Shown: positions 48,757-59,073 of the stretch, piece after piece
Layout of the letters: the number at the start of each line of letters is the position of its first letter
Numbering within the stretch: position 1 is the stretch's first letter
Assembly: GCA_050011565.1 (NCBI GenBank)
Contig: JBEKIW010000001.1
Location: 416,001-480,000, forward strand
Length of the DNA stretch: 64,000 nt
Direction of reading: 5' to 3'
DNA from: Dehalococcoidia bacterium
GTDB taxonomy: Bacteria > Chloroflexota > Dehalococcoidia > GIF9 > UBA5629
Program-made: the position numbers and the translations under genes
Notes under the pieces: generated by a model
What the model saw: only the letters and a program-made list of their open reading frames with translations
Told to the model about the DNA's origin: nothing
Databases searched by the model: none

Positions 48757-50490
48757 ATGGAGCAGCAGATAGGCTTTTGCACCAGTGCTAATGGTGCCCG
48801 AATTGCCTATGCCACGTTAGGCAATGGGCCAGCGCTAGTTATACCCGCAACGTGGCTCAGCCATCTACAATTGTCTTGGCAGGACCCTGATACACGTCGC
48901 TGTTTTGAAAGGCTGGCAGCCCACCATACCCTGGTGCGCTATGACCAGCGTGGCAGCGGCCTATCAGACCGAAACCGAACTGACTTTACCTTAGAGGCCG
49001 AAGTTAATGACCTGGAAACGGTCATTGACCATCTCAAGCTAAAACGAGTGGCCTTGCTAGGAACTTCTTGTGGCGGACCGACTTCCATAGCTTATGCAAC
49101 CAGATATCCTCGTCGGGTCAGCCATCTGATTCTCTACGGCACGTATGCCAGTGGTCAGGCTGTGGCCATGGAGGAAGTCAGAAAGGCATTTATCTCTCTG
49201 GTAAGAGCCCACTGGGGAATCGGCTCCAAGACCATTGCTGACCTTTTCTTCCCTGGTGCCTCTCCGAGCATAGTAGAACTATTTGCCAAGTTACAGCGCG
49301 AAAGCGCCACCCCAGAGATAGCTGCTGAACTACTGGGCCTGGTATACAAAGTTGATGTTGCCTCGCTCTGCCCCAATCTCCGAGTGCCGACGCTAGTACT
49401 GCATCGCAAAGACGAGAGGGCTATACCGTTCAAAATGGGCAGGGAACTGGCATCCCTGATACCTAATGCCCGCTTTGTCCCGCTTGAAGGAAACCTCCAC
49501 ATTCCATGGTTTGGGGATTCCGAGCCGATACTGCGCGCCATCGCCGAGTTCTTGGGCGACCCGATCACCACTGGGAAGCCAGCGGCGCCGGAACGTGGCG
49601 CAGCCGTTGACGACTCCATCGCAAATGAGGCTAGGTCATTCGTCACTAAGCTTGATTGTGTCGTCTTATCCCGCTATCGCATTGTCGGCAACTATACCAG
49701 ATATGATGAAACCGTGCGCAACACCCTAAAGGACATCCGGCACAAGATTGCAGGCGGCTTCGACCATCCCAGTCGGAAGCGGGAAAACTACCTTATCTGG
49801 GCTGCGCCCGGCAGCGGCAAGACCTATTTCGTCCAGCAGGTAGCTGCCTCACTGCCTCCGGCCGTCCGTTATCAGGAGTGCAATCTGGCTAAATGCAGCC
49901 GCGAAGAGCTTCTCAAAATACTGGCCCAGCTCGATGCCAGGAATAAATCTTGCCTCTGCCTCATCGATGAGGTCGATGCCAAGCCCGATGAAGCCTGGCC
50001 TTACGAGGTGCTCTTACCATACCTGGATGCTGGCGCTGATAGAGACACGCAGTTTGTCTTCGCTTTGGCAGGCAGTTATGGCTCTAGTCTCGTCGAGATG
50101 AAAAAGCAGATTGCTTTACGGCCTAAAGGTGCTGACCTATTAAGTCGCATTCCAGATGGCAACGAATATGAGATCCCACCAATGAATCTTGGAGATAGGC
50201 TGATTGTGGTACTGAACCAGTTCAGACAGGTAGGACGTGAAATGAACCGGGATGTGCAGTCAGTGGAAAAGCTCGGCTTGTATTATGTCGCGCTCAATTC
50301 ACGCTTATCTAATGCTCGCCAACTGCATGAGCTAGCAGTCCGTGCTATCGAGCGCTTACCAACAGGCGAAGACAGGGTGAAATATGATCACCTGTTTGGT
50401 GCCGGAGATCCAGAGAACAAGGCTTTCTGGATGCAGTCGCTCCCCGCTGCTGTAGACCTCGCTAATAGGTTCGTCATGCTAGAGGATTGA
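48757..50490 (+). CDS. alpha/beta-hydrolase fused to AAA+ ATPase domain
   Basis: YDQRGSGLS, GTSCGG nucleophile elbow, EGNLH; then AAPGSGKT Walker A, LIDEVD Walker B, NARQL. Confidence 0.82.
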   Translation: MEQQIGFCTSANGARIAYATLGNGPALVIPATWLSHLQLSWQDPDTRRCFERLAAHHTLVRYDQRGSGLSDRNRTDFTLEAEVNDLETVIDHLKLKRVALLGTSCGGPTSIAYATRYPRRVSHLILYGTYASGQAVAMEEVRKAFISLVRAHWGIGSKTIADLFFPGASPSIVELFAKLQRESATPEIAAELLGLVYKVDVASLCPNLRVPTLVLHRKDERAIPFKMGRELASLIPNARFVPLEGNLHIPWFGDSEPILRAIAEFLGDPITTGKPAAPERGAAVDDSIANEARSFVTKLDCVVLSRYRIVGNYTRYDETVRNTLKDIRHKIAGGFDHPSRKRENYLIWAAPGSGKTYFVQQVAASLPPAVRYQECNLAKCSREELLKILAQLDARNKSCLCLIDEVDAKPDEAWPYEVLLPYLDAGADRDTQFVFALAGSYGSSLVEMKKQIALRPKGADLLSRIPDGNEYEIPPMNLGDRLIVVLNQFRQVGREMNRDVQSVEKLGLYYVALNSRLSNARQLHELAVRAIERLPTGEDRVKYDHLFGAGDPENKAFWMQSLPAAVDLANRFVMLED

Positions 50491-50778
50491 TCGCGCCTCA
50501 CCAACACCCAACCTCGCACGAAGTAAACAAAACATTAAACAATATAGCGTTTTGTTCAGTCAATCATAAGAGGCAATGAACTATCGGTTAAAGACCTAGG
50601 GTAGTCGTACGCGTGTTGCGTCAAAATAAACTGTTACCGAACAGGACATGGTTGAATTTTTTCCGAATTTCTTCTATAATTTTGTTGATTTGGCTCCTCG
50701 ATGGTGAAAGAACTGCAGGTCGTTAGGGCTATAAAACAGTAGATTTAGCTTCAAATCGGGGAGAAATAACGAGCCACG

Positions 50779-50825
50779 TTTTCGTAAACCGCCGGTCGTC
50801 AGTTCGACTCTGACCGCTGGCTCCA
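50779..50825 (+). pseudogene. 3' half of a tRNA-Thr(CGT): att-site duplication or degenerate tRNA
   Basis: TTCGTAA-ACCGC-CGGTC-GTCAG-TTCGACT-CTGAC-CGCTGGC-T-CCA; 5' anticodon stem and acceptor strand do not pair. Confidence 0.8.
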
Positions 50826-50937
50826 TTACGGGTCCAGATTGATGTCAATAAACCCATATTCACCATTTGCATAAAGGTGTTCATCTGGATTGCTTCGGGC
50901 TCTCGCCCTTGCAAAGAGTGTTTCTATCAACCTTAAA

Positions 50938-51768
50938 TTACCAGAGATTAGCTACGGCGGGTACGCTGGAGCGGTCACGCAGGTGTATGGCATCCTTGGT
51001 ACAGCTTGCCCGGCAAATGCCACAGCCATAGCACCGCCCTATATCAATAAAGACTCTTTTATTGCCAGCACTGTAGCCGATCGCCCCAAACGGGCAAACA
51101 CGCATACAAGCCCGGCAGCCATTGCATAATTCAGGGTTTAACTTAGCCACATACTCGGCGCGGAATAAAATGGGCATCCCTCTTATTACCGTGTTCTGTA
51201 TGGCGCCGCAATCCGACCGGTCACAATTACAGATACCAATAACAAAGGGGGTCATCATTGTCCAGACGGAATGGCAGAGACCTTCTTTCTCGTACTGACG
51301 AAAGCTATCCAGCGCCTCTTCTTTACTCACCTTTTCCAAGCCATCTGTCTCGGCGCCTGAGAGAAACCCCATACCGGGTCTGCTCACTGCTTTTTTCGCC
51401 TCGTCTTCCTGCGGTAGTGCGCTTATTCCATAGCAGAAACGCTTTTCTTTGACATGCCTCATTTTGCGGCAAAAACATGGCAAGCGTACCACATTGTTGA
51501 CGATGCCGAAGACTTGCTCAACATCCTCAATCGGCAGGACCTGGCCGAAATGCATATTCCTGACGCGCTCTGCGACACGAGGTTCCTGTATAGCTCTCAC
51601 CAAAAACGGTGCTTTCTTTAGTTCTGCCCATCTCTTTAAATCTTTGATCAGAATATTTATATCAAAAAGGCTGCGCCGCTTGAGATCGCTTTCCAAATCC
51701 TGCGCGTAATTCTTGGACTGTAAATACCATTTCTTGCCTTCTCCATGTTCATGACAGTATTTACACAT
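50938..51768 (-). CDS. 4Fe-4S ferredoxin-domain protein
   Basis: PCFCR, ICNCDRSDC and two CxxCxxCxxxC motifs at C-terminus. Confidence 0.85.
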   Translation of the reverse strand: MCKYCHEHGEGKKWYLQSKNYAQDLESDLKRRSLFDINILIKDLKRWAELKKAPFLVRAIQEPRVAERVRNMHFGQVLPIEDVEQVFGIVNNVVRLPCFCRKMRHVKEKRFCYGISALPQEDEAKKAVSRPGMGFLSGAETDGLEKVSKEEALDSFRQYEKEGLCHSVWTMMTPFVIGICNCDRSDCGAIQNTVIRGMPILFRAEYVAKLNPELCNGCRACMRVCPFGAIGYSAGNKRVFIDIGRCYGCGICRASCTKDAIHLRDRSSVPAVANLW

Positions 51769-51785
51769 AGCTTGCTTCCTTTCTT

Positions 51786-52817
51786 TTACTTATGCTTTCG
51801 TTCTGCGGTTGTAGTCGAGCGCCTATCTATGGGGTTGTTAAAGTGTTTTTTATTTACCATACCAGCCCAGTGTACAAACTCTAAGCCTTCACTTTTGGCA
51901 GTTTCAGCTAATCTTTCCATCGTTGCTTCTGTAATCAAGTCTACCTTAGCCAGTGGCCAATCACGGTCTAATCGGTGATATTTAGCAGCACAGAAATTGT
52001 TAAAAGCAAGCAAATCGTATCTCTCTGCGGTGGGGAGGTTATGTTTGATAAAATGCGCAATCTCCCTAATGTTCTCTTCCTGATCAGTATATCCAGGTAT
52101 AATTGGCGTTCGCACCCAAATAGACTTGCCTAATTTTGTTATCTCACGAGCGTTACTCAGAGCCGTCGCAAGCGGTATGCCTGTATATTTAAGATGGTTC
52201 TCCGCATTCATTATTTTAATATCGTAGAGAATAAGATTGGAAAGAGCAACTAACGGTTGCAATTTGCTCCATCTTATGCCTCCACAGGTATCGAATGCAA
52301 TTTGTATTTTCTCCAGTGACAGAGCCTTCATTACGGCTATTGAGAATTCAGGTTGCATTGATGGTTCGCCTCCGGACAAAGTGACTCCGCCGCCCGACTT
52401 TTCATAAAATACCTTATCGCGCAGGGCTATTTCGACTACTTCTTTTACCGTTCGACGCTGTCCGATCACCTCTAAGGCTCCTGCTGGGCAAGCTTTGACA
52501 CAGATTCCACAGAGGTCACAGGTTTCTCTATTTATATTCATGCCGTCGGGAGCAATAGTTAGGGCTGCTTTGGGACAAGCTTTTAGACAATCCTTGGCTC
52601 CGATGCAGCGAGTCTCGTACCACATTAGCTCTTTCGGCGATTTCATACCCTCGGGATTTTGACACCAGGGACAGCGCATAAAACAGCCCTTTAAGAAAAT
52701 TGTGGTACGAATGCCAGGGCCGTCTTCGGTGGAATGACGTTGAATGTTGAAAATTGTACCGGTAACATTGCCTCCCTCAGCCGGCACAATATCTTCCGCT
52801 CTGGCTTTAGCGATCAA
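51786..52817 (-). CDS. glycyl-radical enzyme activating enzyme (radical SAM with ferredoxin insert)
   Basis: DGPGIRTTIFLKGC.MRCPWCQNPE, GGVTLSGGEP. Confidence 0.93.
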   Translation of the reverse strand: MIAKARAEDIVPAEGGNVTGTIFNIQRHSTEDGPGIRTTIFLKGCFMRCPWCQNPEGMKSPKELMWYETRCIGAKDCLKACPKAALTIAPDGMNINRETCDLCGICVKACPAGALEVIGQRRTVKEVVEIALRDKVFYEKSGGGVTLSGGEPSMQPEFSIAVMKALSLEKIQIAFDTCGGIRWSKLQPLVALSNLILYDIKIMNAENHLKYTGIPLATALSNAREITKLGKSIWVRTPIIPGYTDQEENIREIAHFIKHNLPTAERYDLLAFNNFCAAKYHRLDRDWPLAKVDLITEATMERLAETAKSEGLEFVHWAGMVNKKHFNNPIDRRSTTTAERKHK

Positions 52818-52843
52818 TACCTTTTTCCTGAAAGCCAGAACTA

Positions 52844-55285
52844 CTACACTTTGCTGAATTGAGTTCGGGCTATAATATCGTCCTGTAGTGACTTTGAGAG
52901 GTCTATGAAACGGAATGAATAGCCTGAAACCTTAACTGTCAGATCAGCATAGTTCTCGGGATGGATTTGAGCATCCTTTAAAATGTTTACGTCCACGGGG
53001 TTTATCTGTATCTGCCTTCCACCTAGTACAAAGTAAGCCTCCAGCATGGAAGCGAACTTGTCCAAGCCTTCATCCGTCTTGATTAAACCCGGTGAAAGGT
53101 TCATATTGAAGGTTGTACCGCAACTAAAACAGGCTTTGCAGGCTTTGGCAACGGAATGAAGCGCTGCTGTGGCTCCGTTGAGTTCGGTGCCGTTTACCGG
53201 AGACATGCCATTGGCTACCGCTGCTTTTGCCAACCTTCCGTCGGGTGAAGCCCCACAAAGAAATCCCTCGGTATCCTGCGTTCCGGCTGATATCATTAGA
53301 GGACGATAGTAGCCGCCCATTATTCCGGACTTATGCCTTCTAACCTCTCGAGCGTGAATCTGTGTAACCCACTCTGCAAGCTCATCAGCTCTGGGATCGT
53401 CATTCCCATACTTGGGGGCTTTACGAAGTAGCGTCTGCCTTATATTTTCGGCACCGGCAAAGTTGTTACGCAGGTGGTTGACCATCTCTTCCATGGTAAG
53501 CAGCTTCTCTTCAAAGACTGCCCAGCGGATGGCGCTAAGCGAGTTGACTACAGTGGCAAGTCCTTGTGCGCCTACATGGCTGTGACTGTAACGTGAACCG
53601 CCCTGAGAAATATCTCGACCGCTTTCCAGGCAACCTTCTATAGTGGATGAAAGCAGGGGAGAAGGAAAGTACTCGGCAATCAACTGGTCCTTGAGCTCTG
53701 CCTCTCTGACCACCGTGTCTATGAGATAGGAAAGTTGGCCTAGGAAAGCCTCCTTTACGTCTTCAAAGGTGGTGAAAGTACGAGGGTCGGGAGTTGAAGC
53801 TCCTACTTTCTTACCATCGCGCAACCTGTGGCCCTCATTCAAAGCTACCTCCAGGACCTGCGTTATAAAGACCCCGTTGCTTCCTGTGTAGCCGTTATTA
53901 TTACCCATACCTGTAGGCTCAGCACACCCGATGATGGAATAATTGCGGGCGTCTTCCAGTGAATAGCCATCTTCCAAAAGGTCCCTTATCACCACGTTGT
54001 CGTTGTAAAAGGCAACTCCGGCACCTACGCGGTATGTCTCGCACGCTCTCTTTAAGAAATCCCGTGGTGTCTTGGGTGAAATTCTTACAGCAAAGCTCTT
54101 GCGCAAGCCCCCCTTTAGGGCATCATTGGCATCGAGAAAGAGATACGACAGCTCGTTAGCGGCATCTTCGCCGTTTTGGTCAACACCACCGATGGTAACA
54201 TTGTTGGGACCGAACATTGTAAAGTACGACACCTTGATAAGATATTCTTCCAGAAGTTCCTGTGCTAATTCTCTAGTAATCGATTCCGTTTCCAGATCAT
54301 GGTAATAGTACGGATAAAGAAGCTGGTCGAGCCTCCCCGGTCCCTGGATAGCATCGTCACCGTAACTGATTATCAAGGCTACCTGGGTCATCCATACTGA
54401 CTGCAATGCTTCCATAAAGCTGCGTGGGGGATTGGCGGGCACATGTTTACAACGCTCGGCTATTTGTAAGAGTTCAGTCTTTCTTTGCCCCTCGGCCCTT
54501 CGGGCCATATTTTCGGCTAGGGCTACATATCTATTAGACAGGTCACATACCGCCTTGGCCGCAACCTGGACTGACTCGAGGAAATCTTTCCGTTGCAGGT
54601 AATCCTTGTCACTTTCCTTGAGGCTCTTTAGGGCCTTTCCCGCCCACTCGGATATACCTTTGAAACCGATGTTAAGCACTCGCTTGAGTCCAATGATAAT
54701 ATGACCTTGCATCTCAATAGAATGCGCTATTTCGGTCGTGTCCATATCGATTCCCCGTTTTTTCCACAGCGCAAGCTTCATGCTCTTGAGGTCTTTACCT
54801 ACCCAATAGGGAAGAATTTCTTCTTTTAATTCACGATATACTTCCTCCGGCATGTTATATATTTCTCGGTCGAACTCCTTGCTATGCCCTCCTACCGAGA
54901 GTAAAAATGGATCGACGTCATCCATTTTCTTTCCGCGGAGTAGTACTGCTAGCTGAATTGCGATATTCGTCAGATACCTCTCTATTCCCAATGAACCTGC
55001 AAAGTTTTTAGCAGTCTTTACACCAACAAGCAGTTCATCATCCTCAATCCTGATGGTCATATTTTGAAATGTTTCCTTCAATGCCTGTGCTGCACGCATA
55101 GCCGGTGGCGCACCCTCCATTTTCTTCCAGACCCTCGTGTAAAATCGTGCGCGCTCGAGGTCTATTTCCCAAGAACTGGAAAAAAGACGTTCTCTGAGCC
55201 TCATTATTCTGGCAGAGGCAGGCATTCTCTTATCTGTTGGCTGGGCAGTTGAGATACTCACAATTTCACTTCCTTTGATTGGCAT
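52844..55285 (-). CDS. glycyl-radical enzyme (PFL2/eliminase-like), substrate unknown
   Basis: GRLDQ, Cys loop IIGCAEP, PKYGNDD, ASPDGR, Gly loop TVKVSGYS, DIIART. Confidence 0.92.
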   Translation of the reverse strand: MPIKGSEIVSISTAQPTDKRMPASARIMRLRERLFSSSWEIDLERARFYTRVWKKMEGAPPAMRAAQALKETFQNMTIRIEDDELLVGVKTAKNFAGSLGIERYLTNIAIQLAVLLRGKKMDDVDPFLLSVGGHSKEFDREIYNMPEEVYRELKEEILPYWVGKDLKSMKLALWKKRGIDMDTTEIAHSIEMQGHIIIGLKRVLNIGFKGISEWAGKALKSLKESDKDYLQRKDFLESVQVAAKAVCDLSNRYVALAENMARRAEGQRKTELLQIAERCKHVPANPPRSFMEALQSVWMTQVALIISYGDDAIQGPGRLDQLLYPYYYHDLETESITRELAQELLEEYLIKVSYFTMFGPNNVTIGGVDQNGEDAANELSYLFLDANDALKGGLRKSFAVRISPKTPRDFLKRACETYRVGAGVAFYNDNVVIRDLLEDGYSLEDARNYSIIGCAEPTGMGNNNGYTGSNGVFITQVLEVALNEGHRLRDGKKVGASTPDPRTFTTFEDVKEAFLGQLSYLIDTVVREAELKDQLIAEYFPSPLLSSTIEGCLESGRDISQGGSRYSHSHVGAQGLATVVNSLSAIRWAVFEEKLLTMEEMVNHLRNNFAGAENIRQTLLRKAPKYGNDDPRADELAEWVTQIHAREVRRHKSGIMGGYYRPLMISAGTQDTEGFLCGASPDGRLAKAAVANGMSPVNGTELNGATAALHSVAKACKACFSCGTTFNMNLSPGLIKTDEGLDKFASMLEAYFVLGGRQIQINPVDVNILKDAQIHPENYADLTVKVSGYSFRFIDLSKSLQDDIIARTQFSKV

Positions 55286-55339
55286 TCTATCAATTCTAAT
55301 CTACAATGTCACGTACACGCACTAAGATAAATTATCGGT

Positions 55340-55615
55340 CTACTTAGTTTTTTCTTCGTCCTGTAATACCCTGCGCAGCACCTTACCTACCATTGTCTTC
55401 GGCAGTTCCTGGCGGAACTCGAAGAATTGGGGAACTCTATAGCCTGTGAGCTTTTCCCGAGATAACTTTTGCAGCTCTTCCGGAATCGCCTTTTGTCCTT
55501 CTTTGAGCACTACCCACTGCATCAGCCAGGACGTCGAGTAACGTGATGTCAGGATATGGTTGCAACGTATGGGCACGCCGGGGTCATGGCTGTTAAACCA
55601 GGGATAATCCTGTAT
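55340..55615 (-). pseudogene. internally deleted long-chain acyl-CoA ligase
   Basis: N-terminal IQDYPWFNSHDPGVP/TLQPYPDITLLDVL (frameshift, no ATG) joined directly to C-terminal VVLKEG...ELPKTMVGKVLRR. Confidence 0.75.
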
Positions 55616-55681
55616 CTAATGGCTCCTTATCTATGATAGCTTCCGGCTAAAATTAATAGCCGGCGAATGTACTATACGTTT

Positions 55682-56386
55682 TTAAACTCCGAGATATGCT
55701 TTTTGTACCTCTTTGTTGTTAAGCAGGTCGGATGCCTTGCCCTGCAATGTCAGTTCGCCGTTTTCCATCATATATCCATATGAGGCGAGCATAAGCCCCA
55801 GTCGTGCGTTTTGCTCTACCAGGACTACGGTTGTTCCCTCGCGGTTAATCTCTTGTATTTTCTCAGCCAGTAGCTGGCTAAGTAATGGGCTGAGTCCCAA
55901 CGATGGCTCATCGAGTAATAGCACCTTCGGTTGCGCCATCAACCCACGAGAGATGGCAACCATCTGCTGCTGTCCACCGCTTAGGTCTTGAGCTCTGGTA
56001 TTGAGCTTATTCTTCAAATCAGGGAAGAGTGCCAGTACTTTCTCCAGCGATCTACGTACCGCTCCCCTGTCTTTTTGCAGGTAGGCTCCCATCTGAAGGT
56101 TTTGTTTGACCGTCAGTAGCGGGAACAGCTTTCTGCCTTCGGGTATCTGTATGATGCCCAGGGACGCTATTTTTGCGGGTGACAGGCCGTTTATCTTGTC
56201 CCCGTTATAATTAATCTCTCCCTCTCTAACCTTTACTACTCCGCTGATAGCATTGAGCGTGGATGTCTTGCCCGCCCCATTTGCTCCCAGGATAGTAATA
56301 AAGTCACCCTTATTCACAGATATTGACACATTTCTTACTGCTGCATTAGTCTGGTAGTAAACCCATATGTTTTTAAGCTCCAGCAT
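55682..56386 (-). CDS. livF: branched-chain amino acid-type ABC ATPase
   Basis: GANGAGKT, IPEGRKLF, LSGGQQQM, LDEPSLGL, VEQNA. Confidence 0.9.
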   Translation of the reverse strand: MLELKNIWVYYQTNAAVRNVSISVNKGDFITILGANGAGKTSTLNAISGVVKVREGEINYNGDKINGLSPAKIASLGIIQIPEGRKLFPLLTVKQNLQMGAYLQKDRGAVRRSLEKVLALFPDLKNKLNTRAQDLSGGQQQMVAISRGLMAQPKVLLLDEPSLGLSPLLSQLLAEKIQEINREGTTVVLVEQNARLGLMLASYGYMMENGELTLQGKASDLLNNKEVQKAYLGV

Positions 56387-56389
56387 GTC

Positions 56390-57163
56390 TTATACAGTCT
56401 CCGTGCCCAGGTAAGCTTCAATGACATCATGGTTTTTCATGACTTCTCTAGGTTTACCCTCGGCGATCTTGGTCCCGAAATTAAGGACAACCGCTCTGGT
56501 AGCCGCATCCAAAAGCACCTTCATATTGTGCTCGATTAATATCACGGTGATACCCCGCTCATTAATCTTCTTAATCTGATCGACCACAAATACGGCCTCA
56601 TTATGGTTCATACCGGTCGTCGGCTCATCGAGTAGGAGCACATTTGGGTTTGTCATCAGCGCCATGGCCATGCCAAAAATCCTTTGATGCCCGTGCGGAA
56701 GTCCGGCCGCCGGCATATTAGCTTCATTAGTAAGGTCGAGCAGCTTCAATGTCTCCAGTACTTCAGCTGCAATCTTTTTACGCCTCTCCTTGTAGGTCTT
56801 TGTCTCGAAGAAAGCCTGCCATTCATTCGTTTTATCTTGCAGGAACGAACCTATCAGCATGCTCTGCAATACCGTAGCTCTATGGAAGCACATGTTTGAC
56901 TGGAAGGTTCTGGCTATTCCTCTTGCAGTTACCTGGTCCGGCCGCAGCCCTGATATTTTTTTCCCTTCCAAATAAACTGTACCCCGGTTGGGTCTGTAAT
57001 AGCCGGAGATAACATTGATCAGCGTGGTCTTACCAGAGCCATTTGGTCCACAGATACCCAGCACCTCCCCCTCTTGCACACAGAGGTCAATATCTTCTAA
57101 GGCAGCCAGTTTGCCAAATAACTTTGTAACGCCCTTCAACTCTAATAGAGGCATTTTGTTCAA
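56390..57163 (-). CDS. livG: branched-chain amino acid-type ABC ATPase
   Basis: GPNGSGKT, IARTFQ, LPHG, LDEPTTG, IEHNM, VIEAYLG. Confidence 0.9.
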   Translation of the reverse strand: MNKMPLLELKGVTKLFGKLAALEDIDLCVQEGEVLGICGPNGSGKTTLINVISGYYRPNRGTVYLEGKKISGLRPDQVTARGIARTFQSNMCFHRATVLQSMLIGSFLQDKTNEWQAFFETKTYKERRKKIAAEVLETLKLLDLTNEANMPAAGLPHGHQRIFGMAMALMTNPNVLLLDEPTTGMNHNEAVFVVDQIKKINERGITVILIEHNMKVLLDAATRAVVLNFGTKIAEGKPREVMKNHDVIEAYLGTETV

Positions 57164-57171
57164 TTCCCTTT

Positions 57172-58185
57172 TTAGTGAGTGTTGTCTGTAGTAATCGGTT
57201 TCTCTTTATACACCTTGCTCCAGAATATCCTCCAGAGGTCAATGAGCCCGGTTCCCTTGGGCAGGAACAGAAGTACCAGCAAAACTATAGCGCCGAATAA
57301 CGTTGGTTTAATAGAATATACTGGCAGGCGGGACAGAATGTCACTTAAACTGTTCAATACAGCGGCACCTACGATTGGCCCCGCTACCAGAGAGCTAATA
57401 CCCCCCACGATACCCATCATCAGTGCCTGTATGGATTGCCACAATCCATACATGTCTGGAGACATTACTCCCAGAAAATGAGCATAGAAGGAACCGGCAA
57501 ACCCAGTGAACACCGCTGCCACGGTAAACGCAAGTACCTTGAACTTCGTTAGAGGTATACCTTGATGTTCGGCAAGTGTCGGGTTTACTGCTATAACGCG
57601 AAAGATGCCCCCAAGACGGCCACGGTCTATCTGCCAGAAGATTAGCGCCGTTATAGCCACGAGAATAACAATAAAATAATAATTGGGCACAGCGCTCGTA
57701 GCAAAATTTATCTCAAAATTCCCCAGCATTATGTGAGTTGGAGGCGTTATTACCAGCCCTTTGGAACCATTGGTTACAGGTTCCCACGATACGGCAATAA
57801 TTCTCATAATCTCGGCAAGAGCCAGCGTAATAATTGAGAAAGCTATGGGACCCGCTCTAACCGCGACCACACCCACAGCTAAAGCAACCAGACCTGCCAC
57901 AATACCCGCCATAAAGAATCCCGGCCAGAAAGGCAATCCAAATTTGACCATGAATACGGCAGAGGTATAGCCTCCCAGTCCCATAAATGTAGCTTGCCCC
58001 AGGCTAATTTGCCCCGTTCTCATGATTAGCATAAAGCCCATTGCTGCAATCGCCCAGAACCCGATTTGAACAAACTTGGACAATGTAACTAAACTCGTGG
58101 TGAAAACAGGCAGGATAAAAATCAGAGCAATCAGCAAGCCGACTACGATCTTTGGTAACAGTTTTCGATAATTTCCGAATTTCAT
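57172..58185 (-). CDS. livM: ABC permease, LivM-like
   Basis: TGQISLGQATFMGLGGY, ITLALAE, VTNGSKG, multiple TM segments. Confidence 0.87.
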   Translation of the reverse strand: MKFGNYRKLLPKIVVGLLIALIFILPVFTTSLVTLSKFVQIGFWAIAAMGFMLIMRTGQISLGQATFMGLGGYTSAVFMVKFGLPFWPGFFMAGIVAGLVALAVGVVAVRAGPIAFSIITLALAEIMRIIAVSWEPVTNGSKGLVITPPTHIMLGNFEINFATSAVPNYYFIVILVAITALIFWQIDRGRLGGIFRVIAVNPTLAEHQGIPLTKFKVLAFTVAAVFTGFAGSFYAHFLGVMSPDMYGLWQSIQALMMGIVGGISSLVAGPIVGAAVLNSLSDILSRLPVYSIKPTLFGAIVLLVLLFLPKGTGLIDLWRIFWSKVYKEKPITTDNTH

Positions 58186-59051
58186 TATCTTCTAATCGGA
58201 ACTCCAAATAATCCCTGTGGTCTGACTATGAGTAGAGTAATTACAGTCAGAAATAGCGCCAGCTCTGAAATGTAGCCTAAATAATACGGTACGATGCTGC
58301 TAAACAAACCGAGTATCAGTCCGCCCACGATTGCCCCAGTAAGGCTACCGATGCCGCCGATGATGATGGCTAGTAGAGCCATTATCAGTGGCAGCCCCCC
58401 TATAAAAGGATTGACCCCGTATACTGGCGCCATGATGGCACCCGCCATCCCCGCCAACGCACAGCCGATACCCATGACGATGATCGAAAGCCGCCCTACG
58501 CTGACGCCATACAAGCTCGCCGCTCCTGGTTCCTGGGCTGCAGCTCTTATGGCCAGTCCAATCTTGGTAAAATTCAACACAACGTACATGGCTACCATAA
58601 TGACCAGAGTGAATATGACCACCGCAATCTTCTGATAGCTTACGCTGAATGAACCCAGGTCAAGTACGCCGGGGAGAGCATTATATAATCCCTTATCCTC
58701 GAGACCAAAGGCCATGCCGGCACCACCCTCGAAGAAAAAATTGAGCGCTACGGTTGCCGCGGTTACATACAACAGGCCTAAGCCCGGCACGTTTACTCGC
58801 TCAATAACGTACCTTCCCACCAGCATGCCCAATCCTCCTATAACGCCTCCCGATATCAATATGCTTATAGGGAAGGGTATGCCTGCTGCCGTGACGGCGT
58901 AGTAGACTACAAACGCACCCAGCATGTAGAACTGGCCGTGAGTCCAGTTTAAAATCCCCAGGATGCTGAACACCAGCACCATGCCGAATGCCATCGTCAT
59001 GTAGATGCAGCTCTGGACAAGTCCGTCAACCAAAATTCCAGCAGGAGGCAT
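58185..59051 (-). CDS. livH: ABC permease, LivH-like
   Basis: LNWTHGQFYMLGA, TKIGLAIRA, IIGGIGS, RPQGLFG. Confidence 0.88.
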   Translation of the reverse strand: MPPAGILVDGLVQSCIYMTMAFGMVLVFSILGILNWTHGQFYMLGAFVVYYAVTAAGIPFPISILISGGVIGGLGMLVGRYVIERVNVPGLGLLYVTAATVALNFFFEGGAGMAFGLEDKGLYNALPGVLDLGSFSVSYQKIAVVIFTLVIMVAMYVVLNFTKIGLAIRAAAQEPGAASLYGVSVGRLSIIVMGIGCALAGMAGAIMAPVYGVNPFIGGLPLIMALLAIIIGGIGSLTGAIVGGLILGLFSSIVPYYLGYISELALFLTVITLLIVRPQGLFGVPIRR

Positions 59052-59073
59052 ACCAATTTTCCTTATTCAGTTA

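Larger units (their letters stand above)
25693..50825. mobile_element. tRNA-associated genomic island (probably composite; right boundary tentative)
   Basis: Integrase directly 3' of tRNA-Val; mixed-orientation accessory genes, defence-like genes and remnants; tRNA-Thr 3' fragment at far end. Confidence 0.6.

Noticed and set aside
50510-50645. Serine-resolvase res-like subsites (also near 37370 and 38870)
   Set aside because: Only loose resemblance, no resolvase gene and no clear three-site spacing
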